Shown in pieces: positions 1 to 10,280 of a stretch of DNA of 64,000 nt. Made by a program: the position numbers and the translations under genes. This DNA is from Polyangiaceae bacterium (GTDB taxonomy: Bacteria > Myxococcota_A > Polyangia > Polyangiales > Polyangiaceae), in NCBI GenBank assembly GCA_044376115.1, contig JBILLK010000015.1, positions 168,423 to 232,422 on the forward strand. The letters run 5' to 3'. The notes under the pieces were generated by a model. That model was given only the letters and a program-made list of their open reading frames with translations. It was not told the origin of the DNA and did no database searches. Numbering within the stretch: the first letter of the stretch is position 1; each line of letters begins with the position of its first letter.

Positions 1-3000
1 GTAGCGAGTTCGACTTGGTCTTTCGTCTTCGCTGCAATGTCAGAAAGCAACGACACACGTTCGCCTAGCGCGTCGGCCAGCGCCGCAAACTCGCCCAGCG
101 TCCGGAGCTGCTCAATGACTTTGGAGAGCACCTCGAGATCCTTGGGGTCCACGGCGAGCCACGCCCGCAACGAAACGAGCGAGCGCGCCCGGTCGCCGAT
201 TACCTCATCGGCGATGCGTGCCGCTTCCATGAGGCTCTGGCGCTTCTCGCTGGGCTCGAGCGCTAGCTTGCCGAGCTGTTCCAACACCGCGCATCGTTCG
301 GCCTCACGACCCATCGCCGCAAGGTCATGATCGAGCTTCTTTGCAGCAGCCAACGCAGCAGACGGGTCTCCTTCGCTGCGAGAGAGAATGGCCAGCTCAA
401 AGGTCACACTGCGACCTTCGTCCTTGAGTTCTTCGCGAGCGATCTTGGCGCCTTGAGTGAGCAGGAAGAGTGCTCGCGGCCGTTCGGTTGCTTCGCTCGC
501 CATCTTGAGCAGCGCGTCCACCAATAGGACCACCTTGTCGCGCTCACCCGCGATGTTCACCGAACAGGTGTCGATGACGAGCTCCGCGTCCGGCCCCTCC
601 GGAGTCAGCAGCAGGGATGCAAGCCCAGCATCGAGCACTAACTGGTGATCGTTGAGGTCGACAGCAACCGTCTCGAGTTCTCGCAGCTCCACCAGTCGCT
701 GAGGCAGCGGTAGCTCAGCTTCCAAACCAACTTGGATTGCGGTGGCGAGCTTGGTCAGTTGACCCATGCTCTTGAAGGTTGGCGCGAGCAGAGCCGCTGC
801 ACGCTTTCGGAAAGGAGACTGCTCGGGCAACGATCGCGAGAGTCGCACATAGCGCGGAATGGTCGTGCTCAAGGGCGCAACCTGCTCGAGCCAGCCGACG
901 ACGACCGAGATGGCTTCGTCATCGCCAGCTGCGATCAGTGGTGAAAGCACCTCAAGCGCCGAGTCTCGCTCTTCGAGCGTGTCCCAAAGCCCTGCGATGC
1001 GCAGGCGCATCGGCGCCACCTCTGCTTCCGCGAGGTGCGGCAAGCGGCTCATCAGCAAAGTGATGAGCGCGCGCCACTTTTGGTGTCGCTCATACAAACG
1101 CTCTAGCGACGTTGCGAGCTTGGCATCACTCGGACGGAAGGTCCGGAGTTGTTCGAGGTAGTGGATTGCTCGATCTGCGTCACCGACGAGATCCTTCGCG
1201 ACCTCGACCGCATCCTCGATGATCATGATCTTGGACTCTGCGTCCGATTGCCCGCGGATTACCTCATCATAGAGGTCGAAAAGCTCCGCCCAACGCTCGG
1301 CAGCATTGTAAACGAGCTTCAACCGCTCAAAGGCCCACGTTGCGGTGGGCGCAAGCGTGACGATGCGCCGCAACATCTGCACGAGCGCCTCTTGGTCGTC
1401 GAACCACTCTTCCTGGAACGCGACACCGCGCTCCCCCACGCGAAGAGCCACCTCAGGGTCGAGCTGGTCCCCGCTTGCGAGCGTTTGCTTGTACGCATCA
1501 ACGACGGCTTGGGGGGCCTTCTGATTACGAGCCAGCTCCTCCACGCGATCCCAGAACGCCTCGTGGTCGGGAAGCGCCGTTGCTGCGCGAGCGGCAACCT
1601 TCAGCGCCGTTGGGTCGGCCTCGTCCAGGCAAACAAGCCAAGCTTCGTACAGCTTCGCTGCCTGTTCCCCGAGCGCCGACTTCGGCGCGTTATCGAAAAG
1701 CTGCTCGTAGATCGCAGCTCTAGCGTCGACGTCGAGCAGACCATCTGCCACCGCAGAGAGCATCTCCACCGCGCGCTCCGCGGCATCTTCATGCGCCAGC
1801 GCGAGCGCCGCGACCTTGCGGAAGACCGGGTGCTCCCCGTGCGAGGACTGCAGCGGCTCGAGCACGAACAGAGCACGGAGGACTCCCTCGGACTTCTGCG
1901 AGAGATATTCGGCCAGCTCTAGCGACCGCTCCGCACGCGCGTCATCACTTACCGCGACGTCAACTCGACGTGAGAGCGTGGTCTGAGCTTGGTCCCAATC
2001 CCCGGCATCCCGAGCGAACTCAAAGCGAACGACGAGAGCAGCGTCGTCGTCGGGATCGAGTTCGAGCAGGCGCTCGAGCGCGGCCTCGGCCCTGGGTTGG
2101 TCTTTGGCGACGTCACGTTCAAAGCGGAAGAGTTCGAACAGACGCTCCCTAAGTTCACCAGAGGACGCGGACCTGACTCGATGATCGAGCCACTTACGCT
2201 TGCTGGCGATGAGCTTCGGATCAACCACCGAGCCCGCAAAAACCTCGTCGAGCAGCGCGAGTGCTCTCGGGCCTGCTTCGAGTTCGTCGGCGAGCCCCAG
2301 CAGGAGGTCCACCGCTTCACTCTCGCGATTGGTCTGCACCAAAATGTCAGCCCGGATCAGCCCAGTTTCGGAAGACGTTCCAAAGCGAGCTTCGCATTGA
2401 TCGAGCAAGCCGAGGACATCATCGGGAGAGACGGCGCCGCCGCGCAGCCTATCGATCGCAGCGGTTGCCTCATCTCTTGATTCACTCAGACTGACCAGCT
2501 GCTTGGTCAGTGCGAGCAAACGCGCGCCATTCCCAGCTTGCGCATTCAACTCCACCAGCGCGCCGAGGGCGGTCTTGTTCTCGGGTTGATAGGTGAGCAC
2601 CCGCTCAAACGCTTCGCCCGACTCAGTGAGTAGCGCGGCCTCGCGAGCTTGCTGTGCAGCTCTTGCGAACGACTCCGCAGCGCGAACGGGATCTCCACCG
2701 CGCTCACCAAAGAGCGCGCCTAGATGAGCAAGCGCGCGGTATCGAGCGGCTGCCGAATCGGCGATTCCGACACGTCGCTCGGCCACAACGATCAACAAGC
2801 CAACGTCGACGGTGAGCTTGGCAAGCTCCTCGATCGGGTCGAGTAAGGCGTCGGTCACCAAGAACTCCGCGACCGCCAAAGCCGACTTGTAATGCGCAGC
2901 CGCAAGCTCGAGGTCGTTGCCGCGACGCGAGACCTCAGCGATCTTCAAGTCGAGTTCGGCGCCCTCTCGCGGTGTTGCGGCGTGAGCCCGCTCTTTCTCG

Positions 3001-5669
3001 AGCTCCTCCGCAAGCTCCGTGAAGCGTCCCGTAGCTTCAAGTGCCTCGCAAAGCGCCAGTGTGAGGGTCGTATCGTGTGCGACTTCCGCAAGGCCCTCGC
3101 GGAAGGTCGCTATTGCGGACTCTCCGTCGCTCAGCTGCTCGAGCTGGATTGCCCCGATAGATAGGTAAAGGTCGCGGTTTCGCTCCGGAGTACCCTTGCG
3201 TTCGAGCGCTGCGCGGAACAGAGCCACGCGCTCATGAGGCTTGCCAGCCTTCTCGAGCAACTCGTCGATGCGGTGGACGATGGCGTCGTCATCGGGCTTC
3301 ACCTCGAGTACGCGACGAAACAGCGAAATCGCGGCGTCGCCGCGACCAGCAGAGGCGAGCGCCTCGGCGGCTCGTTCTGCGAGGTCGGAGATGGGACCTG
3401 ACGACATCGGCAGAGCGTCGATCGGGGCGGCCAGAGCCATCGCGATCGCGACTGGCGGAGCTTCGTGTTGCGCCTCGACGCGCGTGGCCCAGGCTCCCGC
3501 CCGCGTCGGATCGAGCGCAAGGACCTCACTTAGCCCCTTCGCGGCAAGCTTGAGGCGAGCCACGGCATCGTCGGGCGCGAGCAGGTAGTAAAGCTCTTCA
3601 AGCGCCTCCACGCGAACCTCAGCTGCGGACGACTCTGTGGCGATTACGCGAAGTAGCGCTGCGAGGTCTTCATGACCTTCCACGCGCAGGATCGGCGCGA
3701 GAACGGCTGCTGCGCGGAGTTTGTGCTCAGGCTGGCCACTCTGTGCGAGCTCCAATAGCTCCCGACGTGCAACTGGCTCTGACGGGTCAAGACCTAGCAC
3801 CTCTGCGAATGCGTCGAGCGCGAGGTCAGTTTTACCGCTGGCGAGCAGGGCCGCAGCGAGCTCGGCTGAGACGGCGATACGTTCATCGTCACCGACCATC
3901 TCCAATTCCGCCGTGAGTACCGCTGTCCTTTGTTCGAGGAACGCGGGCTCCGCCAGCAAGGGCAGTAGCAGCCCATGCACTTCACGCGATGGGCCGTGTA
4001 GCGCCAGGAGGCTATCAAGAATTCGGCGCGCCTCTGGGGCGTTGTTCGTCCGCTCGATGTGGAGGACGGCTGCCCGCACCAAGAGCTCCCTCCGTTCATC
4101 ATCGATGGGCATACCGGAAGCTCTTGCCTCCAGCACCTCGACCAAGCGGTCGTACTCACCGCGCGTTTCGAGCAATCGCTCGAGGTCCGCAGAATCACGA
4201 GTAGGGTCGAGCGCAAGAATGCGGGTACGAGCCTGGATCGCTTGCGACATGTCTTTGAGGTCGCCCTCATAAAGCTCGGCAAGCTGGGTCAGCGAGGAAA
4301 GCTTCTCATCTGCATCGTTCGACAGTCTGGCCAGCGCCTCAAGCACTGGAGCCAGCGCCTTCGCGTCTGGCGAGATCTCGCGCATCACGCGCGCCGCCTC
4401 CAACGCCACTTCACTCTCGGCCTGATCAAGCACCGTTTGGAGGATAAGTCGCGCACGCTTCGGGTCGCCGGCCTCGGCCAAGAGACGGGCCGACTCAAGG
4501 TTGATGCGACCGCGCGCTGACGGATCTTTCACTGCAGCCGCGGCGCGAGTCAGCATCTTGCTGGCATCGCCTTGTTTGCCCAAGCGACGCGCCAGCTCGA
4601 CGTAGCGAGTGCGCACCTCATCGTCGCCTTGGTCCACCGCGATCACCGCTTCGTACTGGGTGAAAGCGGCCGGGTCGTCTCCGACATCCCAAAGCAAGGC
4701 GCCCAGCTTCTTCTGGGCCTCCGCCTTCTTCGGTCCACGCAGCTGCTCAATCTGAATACCGAGCATCTGAGTAACGGCAGCGCTATCGCCCTCGGCCTCG
4801 TACACCGACTCGAGCGCGTGCGCGGCTCGAGCAGCAACCGATTTGATGCCCAAAAGCCGAGTGGCGACGCGACGCGCACCCGCGTGAGTCGGGTCTTTCG
4901 CCAGAACCTCTTCCACGTGCGGGACGGCCTTCTCTACGTCGGGCAATTTGTCGTCGTAGAGCTCGATTAGACGCGCGCGCGCGTCGCTTCGACGCTCCTC
5001 AGACACGGGGGGCTCCGCCGCAAGGAGTTGCTCCAACGCACGCGCCAATTCCGGAAACTTCTTCGCGCTCTCGAGCGAGGCACAGATCGCGGTCAGTGCC
5101 TGCTCGGAGCCGGGCTCCAGCTTGAGCAGCATGTTCGCGATTCGCGCCGCCTCAACGCCGTCCTCAGCCCGCTCCGCGAGCGAAAGCGCCGCGCGCAAAT
5201 GCTCAAGAGCGATCTCCTTCTCGGTCTTGGGTCCCACAGCGCTCAGGTGCAGCGCGATGAGCCTCGAAGTGTCGTCCTTCTCGACAAAGATCTTACGCAG
5301 TTGCTCAAACGCGTCCGGGTGCCCCGGTACGAGCGCGAGAACCCGTTCAAGCGCGCGTTCAGCAGCGTCGATATCGCCGAGCGCCCGCATAAAGAACTTC
5401 GCGGTGTTCAGGAATATCTGCGCCTGAGCAGGCGGCGGCATGATCTTCACCCGCCGATCCGTCGCGAGCTTCTCGAACACTGCCGCAAGCTCTACGAGCC
5501 GATCATCTCGCAGAGCTGCAGATAGCAGCTTGTCCCAGAGCTCGAGGTTGGCCTGCCCGCGCGCCTGCGCTACGACCAACAGCTCGACAACTTGCGTTTC
5601 ATGTTCGAGACCCTCGTCGAGATAAGCTTCGAGGGCCTCAAGGCGGAGCGGCGGACCTTTGCTCTCCAT
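1..5669 (-). CDS. Very large tetratricopeptide-repeat protein (AgmK-like myxobacterial TPR scaffold), 3'-truncated by the window edge
   Basis: Absent from the ORF track because it has no stop in the window. Both ends translated by hand are in the same frame: ATG at 5669 (MESKGPPLRLEALEAYLDEGLEHETQVVELL...) and ...GERVSLLSDIAAKTKDQVELA at the edge. Ala/Leu/Glu/Arg-rich helical, TPR-like content; + strand ORFs here look like antisense shadows. Confidence 0.8.
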   Translation of the reverse strand, partial: MESKGPPLRLEALEAYLDEGLEHETQVVELLVVAQARGQANLELWDKLLSAALRDDRLVELAAVFEKLATDRRVKIMPPPAQAQIFLNTAKFFMRALGDIDAAERALERVLALVPGHPDAFEQLRKIFVEKDDTSRLIALHLSAVGPKTEKEIALEHLRAALSLAERAEDGVEAARIANMLLKLEPGSEQALTAICASLESAKKFPELARALEQLLAAEPPVSEERRSDARARLIELYDDKLPDVEKAVPHVEEVLAKDPTHAGARRVATRLLGIKSVAARAAHALESVYEAEGDSAAVTQMLGIQIEQLRGPKKAEAQKKLGALLWDVGDDPAAFTQYEAVIAVDQGDDEVRTRYVELARRLGKQGDASKMLTRAAAAVKDPSARGRINLESARLLAEAGDPKRARLILQTVLDQAESEVALEAARVMREISPDAKALAPVLEALARLSNDADEKLSSLTQLAELYEGDLKDMSQAIQARTRILALDPTRDSADLERLLETRGEYDRLVEVLEARASGMPIDDERRELLVRAAVLHIERTNNAPEARRILDSLLALHGPSREVHGLLLPLLAEPAFLEQRTAVLTAELEMVGDDERIAVSAELAAALLASGKTDLALDAFAEVLGLDPSEPVARRELLELAQSGQPEHKLRAAAVLAPILRVEGHEDLAALLRVIATESSAAEVRVEALEELYYLLAPDDAVARLKLAAKGLSEVLALDPTRAGAWATRVEAQHEAPPVAIAMALAAPIDALPMSSGPISDLAERAAEALASAGRGDAAISLFRRVLEVKPDDDAIVHRIDELLEKAGKPHERVALFRAALERKGTPERNRDLYLSIGAIQLEQLSDGESAIATFREGLAEVAHDTTLTLALCEALEATGRFTELAEELEKERAHAATPREGAELDLKIAEVSRRGNDLELAAAHYKSALAVAEFLVTDALLDPIEELAKLTVDVGLLIVVAERRVGIADSAAARYRALAHLGALFGERGGDPVRAAESFARAAQQAREAALLTESGEAFERVLTYQPENKTALGALVELNAQAGNGARLLALTKQLVSLSESRDEATAAIDRLRGGAVSPDDVLGLLDQCEARFGTSSETGLIRADILVQTNRESEAVDLLLGLADELEAGPRALALLDEVFAGSVVDPKLIASKRKWLDHRVRSASSGELRERLFELFRFERDVAKDQPRAEAALERLLELDPDDDAALVVRFEFARDAGDWDQAQTTLSRRVDVAVSDDARAERSLELAEYLSQKSEGVLRALFVLEPLQSSHGEHPVFRKVAALALAHEDAAERAVEMLSAVADGLLDVDARAAIYEQLFDNAPKSALGEQAAKLYEAWLVCLDEADPTALKVAARAATALPDHEAFWDRVEELARNQKAPQAVVDAYKQTLASGDQLDPEVALRVGERGVAFQEEWFDDQEALVQMLRRIVTLAPTATWAFERLKLVYNAAERWAELFDLYDEVIRGQSDAESKIMIIEDAVEVAKDLVGDADRAIHYLEQLRTFRPSDAKLATSLERLYERHQKWRALITLLMSRLPHLAEAEVAPMRLRIAGLWDTLEERDSALEVLSPLIAAGDDEAISVVVGWLEQVAPLSTTIPRYVRLSRSLPEQSPFRKRAAALLAPTFKSMGQLTKLATAIQVGLEAELPLPQRLVELRELETVAVDLNDHQLVLDAGLASLLLTPEGPDAELVIDTCSVNIAGERDKVVLLVDALLKMASEATERPRALFLLTQGAKIAREELKDEGRSVTFELAILSRSEGDPSAALAAAKKLDHDLAAMGREAERCAVLEQLGKLALEPSEKRQSLMEAARIADEVIGDRARSLVSLRAWLAVDPKDLEVLSKVIEQLRTLGEFAALADALGERVSLLSDIAAKTKDQVELA

Positions 5670-5708
5670 TCGAGGAGGGGTACGTTATCAGCGAACGGAC
5701 AGTCGGGG

Positions 5709-6605
5709 ATGTTTTCGGCAGACACATCAAAGTTCGGTCGACGAGGCTGGTTTGCCGGAGCTGCCGCCGCCCTCGTGGGTGTTTGTGGGCCAGACTCCGT
5801 TGGAGCCAGTCCTAACTTCCAGACCCGCAGCCTCGAAACAGCGGGCAAACATGCCAAGCGCTTCGAGTTGTTGATCCCAGCCAAGCCAACAAAGTTGTTG
5901 ATCGCCCTGCACGGGCTGGGCGAGTCCTTCGAGGAAGAGGCGGGAGCACGGGCCTGGCTGGACCGCTACGGGCTGAGTTCGAGCTACGATCGGCTGCTGA
6001 GTCCACCCCTTTCGCGAACGCACAAGCGCAAAGACTGGACGGATGATCGGCTTGTGGCCGTAAACGGATCGCTGACCGAAGCAAGCTGGGCTGGGCTTGC
6101 CGTTGTCTGCCCGTTCACACCCAACTTCCGCAACGTAAGCAACCGGGCCAAGGCCCTTGATGAGTACGCTGAGTGGCTCGTTGAAAGCGTGCTCCCAAAG
6201 GCGCTCGCTGAGCTTGGCGAGGTTGCCCCTAGCGTCGGCGACCGCTCGAAGTTCGCGATCAACGGCTGCTCAATGGGAGGGCCGCTCGCGCTCGAGGTGG
6301 CTTCTCGGCACCCCAAGGTGTTCGGCAGCCTGGGCGTCGTGCAGGCAGCTTTTGGTGAGCATCGAGCGAAGAGCTACGCGCGCTTGCTAGGCAAAGCCTT
6401 TGAAGACGCCGGAAAAATGGACCTTCAGTTGCTCGCGAGCGAAGGCGACGCATTTGTTACCTCCGCACGCGCCCTCTCACATGAACTCGCCACGCTCGAG
6501 ATCAAGCATCAACTCCTGGTGCTCCCAGGTCCGCATGATCAACAGTGGCTGCGCGAAGCAGGCACGATTGAAATGCTCCTTTTCCACGAACGAGGCCCAA
6601 TCTAA
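5709..6605 (+). CDS. Tat-exported alpha/beta-hydrolase (esterase family)
   Basis: GCSMGG nucleophile elbow, HGLG oxyanion motif, C-terminal GPHD His. Twin-arginine leader GRRGWFAGAAAALVG follows ATG 5709. Confidence 0.75.
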   Translation: MFSADTSKFGRRGWFAGAAAALVGVCGPDSVGASPNFQTRSLETAGKHAKRFELLIPAKPTKLLIALHGLGESFEEEAGARAWLDRYGLSSSYDRLLSPPLSRTHKRKDWTDDRLVAVNGSLTEASWAGLAVVCPFTPNFRNVSNRAKALDEYAEWLVESVLPKALAELGEVAPSVGDRSKFAINGCSMGGPLALEVASRHPKVFGSLGVVQAAFGEHRAKSYARLLGKAFEDAGKMDLQLLASEGDAFVTSARALSHELATLEIKHQLLVLPGPHDQQWLREAGTIEMLLFHERGPI

Positions 6606-7034
6606 CTACTGCTTTCTCGACGCTTCATAAAGAGCGATGAAGCGTTCGAGAGAGAGCTTGGTGATGGCCTCACCCACCAGCTCGAGCGGCAGATCCTCAA
6701 GCGTCTGAAATCGCACGCAGGACTTGCCAGCGTCCAAACGTTTTCCGGTTGCCTTGTAAGCGAGCTCAAACCACTCGCGCAGCCCAGCGTCGCCATACAA
6801 ACCAGTGAGGTAAACCGCGCAATGGCTCTTCTGAGCCGCGAGCGCAGCCAACATGAGCGGCTTCTTATTGTAGGTCTTTGGATAGCTGGCTAGGGGAACG
6901 ACGTAACTCAGCATGCCAAAGTCGAAGGACTCTACAAATCCCTTCGGCAGATTCCGCTGGATTGTCGCGCGCACGTCGAGCGTTTGCCTGCGCTCGTCGG
7001 AGAGCTTCGAAAGGTATTCGTCAATCGCCCGCAT
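6606..7034 (-). CDS. DUF1801 (YdhG-like) domain protein
   Basis: IDEYL...RRQTL...GMLSYVVP...YNKKPL...LAAQK...GKSCVRF pattern typical of the family. Confidence 0.75.
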   Translation of the reverse strand: MRAIDEYLSKLSDERRQTLDVRATIQRNLPKGFVESFDFGMLSYVVPLASYPKTYNKKPLMLAALAAQKSHCAVYLTGLYGDAGLREWFELAYKATGKRLDAGKSCVRFQTLEDLPLELVGEAITKLSLERFIALYEASRKQ

Positions 7035-7124
7035 CCGATGACGCTAACTCTTTCACCGTGAAAGCTGAACTGCATGGCAGATTCCAGGCTCGCCCCCTTT
7101 CGAGTGGCCTGGTAATCACGCGTC

Positions 7125-8075
7125 ATGCAGGTGGTCGTAACGGGCGCGTCGGGTCATGTTGGCAGCGTCTTGGTGCGCGCGCTCCTTTCGGATGGTCATT
7201 CCGTCACCGCGCTCTTCAACTCGGACCGACGTTCACTCGCGGGTCTCTCGCTCGAAGCTCGCGCGGTAAACATCGAGGATGGTTCGGCTGTATCCAGCGC
7301 AATCGCAGGAGCCGAGGTGGTCTTTCATGCGGCAGCCCGCGTCTCGCTCTTGGCAACGGAAGACGCCGCAACAACGCGTGTGAACGTCGAAGGAACCCGC
7401 AATGTGGTTGCCGCGTGCTTGGAGCACGGAGTGCGCCGCTTGGTGCACTTCTCAACCATTCACGCCCTCGATGAGCGCGGAGAATTGCTGCGGCCCGGCG
7501 AGGGACTTTCGTACGAACGCTCCAAGGTCGAAGCGGAGCGGCTGGTCCTCGATGAGGTTCAACGCGGACTCGACGCGGTCGTTGTTAGCCCTTGCGCAGT
7601 GATCGGCCCGTTCGACTTCAAGCCCTCCTACATCGGACAAGTGCTTCAACTTCAAGACCGCGGGCTGCTGCTGGCGACGGTGGCCGGCGGGCAGTCTTGG
7701 GTCGACGTACGTGATGTCGCCAAAGCCGCCATTGCAGCTGCTGAACGCGGTAAAACTGGGAGCCGCTACGTCATAAGCGGCCACTGGCGAAACATCCGCG
7801 AGCTTGCCGAGATCGCCAGCCAGGCGGCGGGTATGCGTGCTCCGCTATTCACACTGCCCAAGGCCCTGCTGACCCGGGTAGCCCCCTTGGCCGAACGAGC
7901 CTGTTTGGCGCTAGGGCTGCCAGCGCTGTTGACCCAAGCGTCGATGGACGCGCTCGAGACGAGCCCCCGCCCGATGCCGCGAACCGCAGAGCAGGAGCTT
8001 GGTCACCTTCCGCGCCCGCTCCCCGAAACCTTGGCCGACACCATGGCCTGGTTCCGCAGTGAACGAGGCGGCTGA
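7125..8075 (+). CDS. NAD-dependent epimerase/dehydratase (dihydroflavonol reductase/HpnA-like extended SDR)
   Basis: VTGASGHVG Rossmann motif, HAAA, YERSK catalytic motif, VDVRDVA. Confidence 0.85.
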   Translation: MQVVVTGASGHVGSVLVRALLSDGHSVTALFNSDRRSLAGLSLEARAVNIEDGSAVSSAIAGAEVVFHAAARVSLLATEDAATTRVNVEGTRNVVAACLEHGVRRLVHFSTIHALDERGELLRPGEGLSYERSKVEAERLVLDEVQRGLDAVVVSPCAVIGPFDFKPSYIGQVLQLQDRGLLLATVAGGQSWVDVRDVAKAAIAAAERGKTGSRYVISGHWRNIRELAEIASQAAGMRAPLFTLPKALLTRVAPLAERACLALGLPALLTQASMDALETSPRPMPRTAEQELGHLPRPLPETLADTMAWFRSERGG

Positions 8076-8152
8076 GGCCAACTCCACCCGCTCCACACAT
8101 TCTGCACGCTATCTCCGCGCGCAACGTCGCTAGCTCAAGCTAGCTTCTCGCT

Positions 8153-9187
8153 ATGGTTTCGGCTGCGACTTCATGGGCGTCTACCGAGTCACCTTGGCCC
8201 AGGCATCCATTTGCTCCCCAAGCAGAAAGTCGCATTGGCGTGCTCGTCAATCGCAACGCTGGCCGGGGCAAAGGTGCGGCTGAAGCGATCACCGGCGAGC
8301 TATCGACCCTCGCGGGGATTGAAGTCAGGAGCACCGCGTCGCTTAGCGAAGTGGACGGTGCCGTGCGGGAGCTGATGACACGTGGGGTCAACGTCCTGGT
8401 CGTGGCTGGCGGAGATGGGAGCCTCCATCACGCGCTGCAATCGTTGGTGTACGGCGGGCGGGTTTGGCCAGGCGTGGTGGTGCCGTTACCACGAGGCACG
8501 ATGAACATTGTGGCTGAGTCGCTGGGAGACCCCCTGCGGCGGACACTAAAATCGCCTTTAGAGTTCTTACAGCGGCTGACCCAGCGAACTTGGGGCGCGA
8601 TTCCTAAGAAGGAGTTGCGCGTGCTCGAGGTAACTAGCCTGGAGAGCCCGCGCTTCGGCTTCGTGTTCGGCTCGCAGTTGGTCAAGCATGCCCTCGAGAT
8701 GTACGAGAGCTTTGGCGGCGGCTCTGTTGGGCTTGCGCGTTTGCTGTTCGAGACCACCCGCGGAGCGTTGTTTCAGACGGAGCTTTGGAAAAAGGAAGGT
8801 TGGCGGTTGACCCCGCCCACCACCACCATCGACGTGGACAGCGTTCACCTTGCGCGGTACTCGGTGGCCTTTGCTTCCACCTGTGAGCTGGCAGCGTTTG
8901 GCGGGGCACTGCGTGCGTTGCCCTCACCTGGAGCCTCAGGCTTTCCTGTTCGCGTCATTACCGAACTGCGCACACCGCAACTGATTCGATTGATTCCAAC
9001 CCTGATGCGCAACACTCAGTCAGGAACGGCAACGATCAGAGAGTTCCCGCACGCCCAAGAGCTGAGCCTTTATGGCGCCTACACCTTGGATGGGGAGGTG
9101 TTTGCGGGGGCTCCGGCTGCACCACTCAAAGTCCGAGTTGGCGGCAGTATAAAGATGATTGGAGCGGAGCGCGTCAACGCAACCTAA
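8153..9187 (+). CDS. Diacylglycerol/lipid kinase catalytic-domain protein
   Basis: NRNAGRG, AGGDGS, PRGTMNIVA and LDGE motifs of the DAGK_cat family. Confidence 0.8.
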   Translation: MVSAATSWASTESPWPRHPFAPQAESRIGVLVNRNAGRGKGAAEAITGELSTLAGIEVRSTASLSEVDGAVRELMTRGVNVLVVAGGDGSLHHALQSLVYGGRVWPGVVVPLPRGTMNIVAESLGDPLRRTLKSPLEFLQRLTQRTWGAIPKKELRVLEVTSLESPRFGFVFGSQLVKHALEMYESFGGGSVGLARLLFETTRGALFQTELWKKEGWRLTPPTTTIDVDSVHLARYSVAFASTCELAAFGGALRALPSPGASGFPVRVITELRTPQLIRLIPTLMRNTQSGTATIREFPHAQELSLYGAYTLDGEVFAGAPAAPLKVRVGGSIKMIGAERVNAT

Positions 9188-9253
9188 CCCTAACCGCCGC
9201 GACCTACTTCGGTCGGATAGCAAGCAATCGAGTGCTCTGCTAGAGAGTCGCCC

Positions 9254-10252
9254 ATGCATGCGGTGGTCACTGGAAGCAGTGGGTTTGTCGGAAAACACGT
9301 CGTCTCGCGGCTCGCAGAAAGCGGGGTCACCGTTACAGCGTTGGACATCGCGAGTTCCGGGACGAGCGAAGCCAACGTGACGGAGAAGACGGTTGACCTG
9401 CGTGACCGCGAATCCGTCAAGAAGGCATTGATCGGAGCTGACGTGGTTTATCACGCAGCGTCCCGGGTACAGACCCGCAAAACGGGCTCCGACGAGGTCT
9501 TCGACATCAACGTCGGGGGAACGCAGAACCTGCTCGATAGTTGCAATGAGCTTGAGATTCGCAAGTTCGTTTACGTCTCCAGCGCCAGCGTCGTGTACGG
9601 CGGCAGCGACATCGAGAAGGGTGATGAATACCTGCCATACCCGACCTCATTTCACGCGCCCTACGCAGAGAGCAAAATGAAGGCGGAGGCGATGGTGTTG
9701 CGGGAGAATGATCGGCGGGGTGTCTACACCTGCGCGGTTCGGCCACACATCGTGTTTGGGCCGGGAGACAAGCGCTTCTTCCCAGCCGTGCTCGGAAGGG
9801 CCAAGGCAGGCAAACTGAAGGCGTACGTCGGCGACCCAAAGAAGCTTAGCGACTTTACCTATATTGATAACTTAGTGGACGGCTTGGTGCTCGCCGCGGA
9901 CGCCCTCGGCGCCGGCGGGAAAGCCAACGGCCAGGCCTACTTCGTCACGAACGGTGAGCCCACCCCGTTCTGGGAGTTCGTCGGAAAGCTATTGGACGGC
10001 GTTGGCTATGCGCGCCCAACCTTTCGTGTGCCCTTTCCCATCGCCTTCACGACCGCAGCGATTCGTGAGGCAGTTGACGCCCTTCGCGGCATCCCGACCT
10101 CCGAGGAGAGCCTTACTCGCTTCACCATTCGCTATCTCACGACGCATCACTATTTCACCCATCAAAAGGCCACCGCCGACCTAGGCTACAAGCCACGCGT
10201 CAGTCTTGACGAGGGCATCCGCAGAACGATCGACCAGCTGAAGCGCGCATAG
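9254..10252 (+). CDS. 3-beta-hydroxysteroid dehydrogenase family SDR (NSDHL/Erg26-like)
   Basis: TGSSGFVG, SSASVVYGGSDIEKGDEYLPY, YAESK, RPHIVFGPGD, DFTYIDN, GQAYFVTNGEPTPFW. Confidence 0.8.
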   Translation: MHAVVTGSSGFVGKHVVSRLAESGVTVTALDIASSGTSEANVTEKTVDLRDRESVKKALIGADVVYHAASRVQTRKTGSDEVFDINVGGTQNLLDSCNELEIRKFVYVSSASVVYGGSDIEKGDEYLPYPTSFHAPYAESKMKAEAMVLRENDRRGVYTCAVRPHIVFGPGDKRFFPAVLGRAKAGKLKAYVGDPKKLSDFTYIDNLVDGLVLAADALGAGGKANGQAYFVTNGEPTPFWEFVGKLLDGVGYARPTFRVPFPIAFTTAAIREAVDALRGIPTSEESLTRFTIRYLTTHHYFTHQKATADLGYKPRVSLDEGIRRTIDQLKRA

Positions 10253-10280
10253 GTCGGCAGACCTTTGCTAGGCTGAGCCA

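Noticed and set aside
37..5625. Numerous + strand ORFs in the ORF track
   Set aside because: Antisense shadows of the long minus-strand TPR gene in high-GC DNA.
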